Part shown: in pieces, positions 53,219 through 56,048 of the stretch | Layout: each line of letters begins with the position of its first letter | Position numbering within the stretch: position 1 is the stretch's first letter | Assembly (NCBI GenBank): GCA_910592345.1 | Contig: CAJVPI010000091.1 | Location: forward strand, 1 to 56,048 | Direction of reading: 5' to 3' | Origin: Paraglomus brasilianum | Lineage: Eukaryota | Length of the DNA: 56,048 nucleotides | Position numbers and translations under genes: made by a program | Notes under the pieces: generated by a model | Databases searched by the model: none | What the model was told of the DNA's origin: nothing | Seen by the model: only the letters and a program-made list of their open reading frames with translations

Positions 53219-54444
53219 CTAGATGCTTACTAACACTCGTAGTAGTGAACTGTTGGTTACTTGTACAAAGAACATTTGAGCCATTATTTTCGCTCCCAGA
53301 CCAAATGCCATAATGAGAAAGGTTTGTAGATATCCGATGTTCAAGAATACTAATGGAAATATACTATGTTTAGTTTTTTTTTGTTCAACCGAGAACAGAA
53401 CGAGAGGATCAAACATTCCAATGTTGGGACACACCAGAGAGTGCTTCTATATTTGATGTGAGGACTATTATGTTGATCAACCATGAATACTCCATTTGGT
53501 TGTAATCCCATATTATCATCAATATTAGCAATAACTTGCCAAAACTTGATATTATGAGTGCCATCGTAATGTAATTATATCTGAGACCAAACGTTAAGGG
53601 TGATAATGAGTAAAATGCATTTTTGTATCTCGAGAACATTTAGACAAATATTTGCTGACGCACTTGATAATTGCATACTGATTACCAACGTATAGACTTA
53701 TTGCGAGTCGAACTCCAAACTGAAAGACGGCAAACTCTGTAATAGACAAGTAGCGTCAGACAGGAAAAAATGCCAGCTGTTCTCAAGCAATTTGAATGAA
53801 AAGGCTATGGATACATACCAAGGACACATAGAAACAAAATGTAGAAATATTGCAGATATAAAGGCTGTTCTATGAAAGTGAGGTTGAATGTGACATTTCC
53901 ATCTGCATAGTATTTTTCCAATCTGAACCATTTGATGTCTGTAAAGACATGCATAGTTAAAGTAACATTTGTGGTTCCTTTCTTATTCAACTCGTCAATT
54001 AATTATCCAAAGCAAAGGATACAAACGTCGAATAGGATGAGTAAAACATTAAGCTTCAACACGTTGGGCTGTACGGAATGAATCAACGACTTTCAATTAA
54101 CTATTCACAAACCCAAATCACACATTATATATACAACTTACATCTATTCCATGGTCACGATACTCTAATCGATTAAACAGCAAGTGTCGATAGACTTGTG
54201 GTTTGTGTAGTAGCATATCAATAAAAATTATGACGAAATCATGTTCGACGTATTTGTCAGCGAACTTGTTGCATTTCTACAATCATCAATGTACGAAAGA
54301 GTCTTTGATTAATAACCATTATGCATGAACAAATACCAACCAGATATTTAAGATATTCACACATTGGGTCAAGCGAATGTTCCCCTTACTATACTGCGTG
54401 TACAAGTTGGTGACAGAAGCGCCACATTCAACACAAGTTGGCAT
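53219..54444 (-). CDS. ARV1: Arv1-family ER lipid/sterol homeostasis protein (about 7 exons)
   Basis: MPTCVECGASVTNLYTQYSKGNIRLTQC/..CNKFADKYVEHDFVIIFIDMLLHKPQVYRHLLFNRL (Arv1 homology domain), LLILFDVYIKW, ALIISSFGKLLLILMIIWDY, VLTSNIEAL; canonical introns. Confidence 0.92.
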
Positions 54445-55166
54445 TGTTCTTTGATGTTAAGAACGCGGACATTTTAATTACCTTATTTCTTTATGTAGCA
54501 ATCACATGATATGAATATACTTCACATTAGTAATCAGCTGATTTCAATTTCACAATTTTATTGGCAATCAGTTGTTTCCCGCAAAAAGATTCTCACAATC
54601 CCAACGATTGTATTCCATAAGCGCAAATACACTAAAGCTAAAGTCGTCGCTTACCCCATAACTGTCTCTCAAGGGGTGACAAATCACTCATTAATCATTA
54701 AGGCTAACTATTAAAATTTTAGTCGTTCAGCCAAGCCAAGGGCGTGCATTGTCAGCCCATTCAATTCGTCGTCGCGGCTGTGTTGATATATCGTTGGAAG
54801 TCGGGCAGGCACAAAATAAACTTCTAAACTATGAAATAATATCTTATTTTGTTAAATACAATATTGTACAAAATGTAAATGTGTTACTTGCAATTAGTAC
54901 ATTAACTCATTGCATTTCAAACCATACATTTGTAAGGTTATGAGTTTTTGGAATAATGTACTAAGACTACTAAACTTGTACACACTAATCCATGTAGACT
55001 TTAAGTCAGTATAATGGTTTCAATAAATAGAAAGCAAATTTGATATCTATGGCACAATATCTAACATGAACATATTTTTAACTTGTATTTTGTCTAGTCA
55101 GCAGTCACGGAAGAGCGGTTGACTATTAACTTGTAGGAATTTAGCTAATTTCGATCGTCCTACTTT

Positions 55167-55600
55167 AGTTAAACAATAGTATTAGTGACCTTAAACACAC
55201 TTACGACTCACTGTGTCGATGAGTGACCACTAATCCTAATTCGTCCTCGAGTGAGCTGCGATTATTCCCTACCTTGGGATTAATCGGCAGTTGGGGTACA
55301 ATGGTATTCATACTATAATAAACGCGTTTCAATAAATAGCAATTAATTATCGTATACGCCACGGGAATAATCACGGGACAAGTAGCGATTATTCTTATCC
55401 GATACAGAAATTAGTGGTTCAATGGCTATACCGAATGGTTCAGAGAATAAATATCAAATGTATATGTTCAAAGTAAATGCGATACTCGTTTATTAACAAG
55501 AATGTTATATGAAAATAAAAGAATACACTTGCGAACACACCGACGCTAGCTGAAACTTGCACTGCTTTTATATCTTTCGATCGGACTAATCTGTGACACC
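55167..55600 (-). repeat. LTR-like interspersed repeat, copy 2
   Basis: Same ordered conserved blocks as 1-440. Confidence 0.55.
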
Positions 55601-55779
55601 ATAGGAATTACGCGGGAAGAATACGTCACTGCAATAAAGTTGTACTTATTGAAGAATACGTCACTGAAAATCATCGCGCTTCACAAAATTTACATTACTC
55701 TGAGTATGACACAAAATAATATTTGGATAATTAGCACAACTCAAAAATCATCTACTACTACAGAAGACTGTTATTTTGT

Positions 55780-55885
55780 GTTCTACAGGCACTATTGGAC
55801 AACTTTATGTAAAACAATAAATAGTGAATTTGCTGAAATTAAGGAAATCAGATCTGGTGGTTATGAAACAGTCCATATATATACT
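55780..55885 (+). pseudogene. Possible protein kinase subdomain I fragment
   Basis: SEFAEIKEIRSGGYETVH resembles the F.DIKEIG.GG(Y/F).TVY start of Glomeromycotina TKL-type kinases; no further subdomains follow. Confidence 0.35.
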
Positions 55886-55910
55886 GCAAATACAACATGT
55901 TCTCAAATGT

Positions 55911-56048
55911 CTAATCAGTCAACAAAATTAAGTTAAGGTTAATTTGTGCATAGGCATATCCTTGTTCAGCAGCTTTCTGATACAGCTCAACTGCTTTTTG
56001 AATATTCTTTTCCACTCCTGTCCCATTCTCATAGCAAACACCAAGATT
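55911..56048 (-). CDS. 3' end of a Sel1-like repeat ORF (partial, continues beyond the window)
   Basis: [45 protein letters not shown] is a complete Sel1 consensus repeat. Confidence 0.8.
   Translation of the reverse strand, partial: NLGVCYENGTGVEKNIQKAVELYQKAAEQGYAYAQINLNLILLTD

Overview
AT-rich, intron-dense eukaryotic DNA, inferred to be an early-diverging fungus (Mucoromycota, probably Glomeromycotina). The inference rests on the F-box/LRR, BTB, MATA-type HMG, Sel1 and Crinkler-type gene content. Most real genes are spliced and only partly visible in the ORF track. Likely genes: an F-box/RNI-like protein; a secreted Ser/Thr/Asn-rich, probably GPI-anchored protein; a YFH7-like P-loop kinase; a chimeric SAM-Crinkler-nuclease-kinase fragment-Uma2 nuclease locus; two duplicated genes with a C-terminal Zn2Cys6 cluster; a BTB protein; a frameshifted HMG-box gene; a Cys-rich type I membrane protein; an RRM-RdRP whose catalytic DLDGD motif depends on a 9-nt microexon; ARV1; and the end of a Sel1-repeat ORF. 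Intergenic DNA holds decayed Tc1/mariner and pogo-like elements (one nested pair), an LTR-like repeat at both window ends, and an intron-containing PheRS-alpha gene fragment rich in transitions. All exon structures and family calls were read by eye, with no database search.
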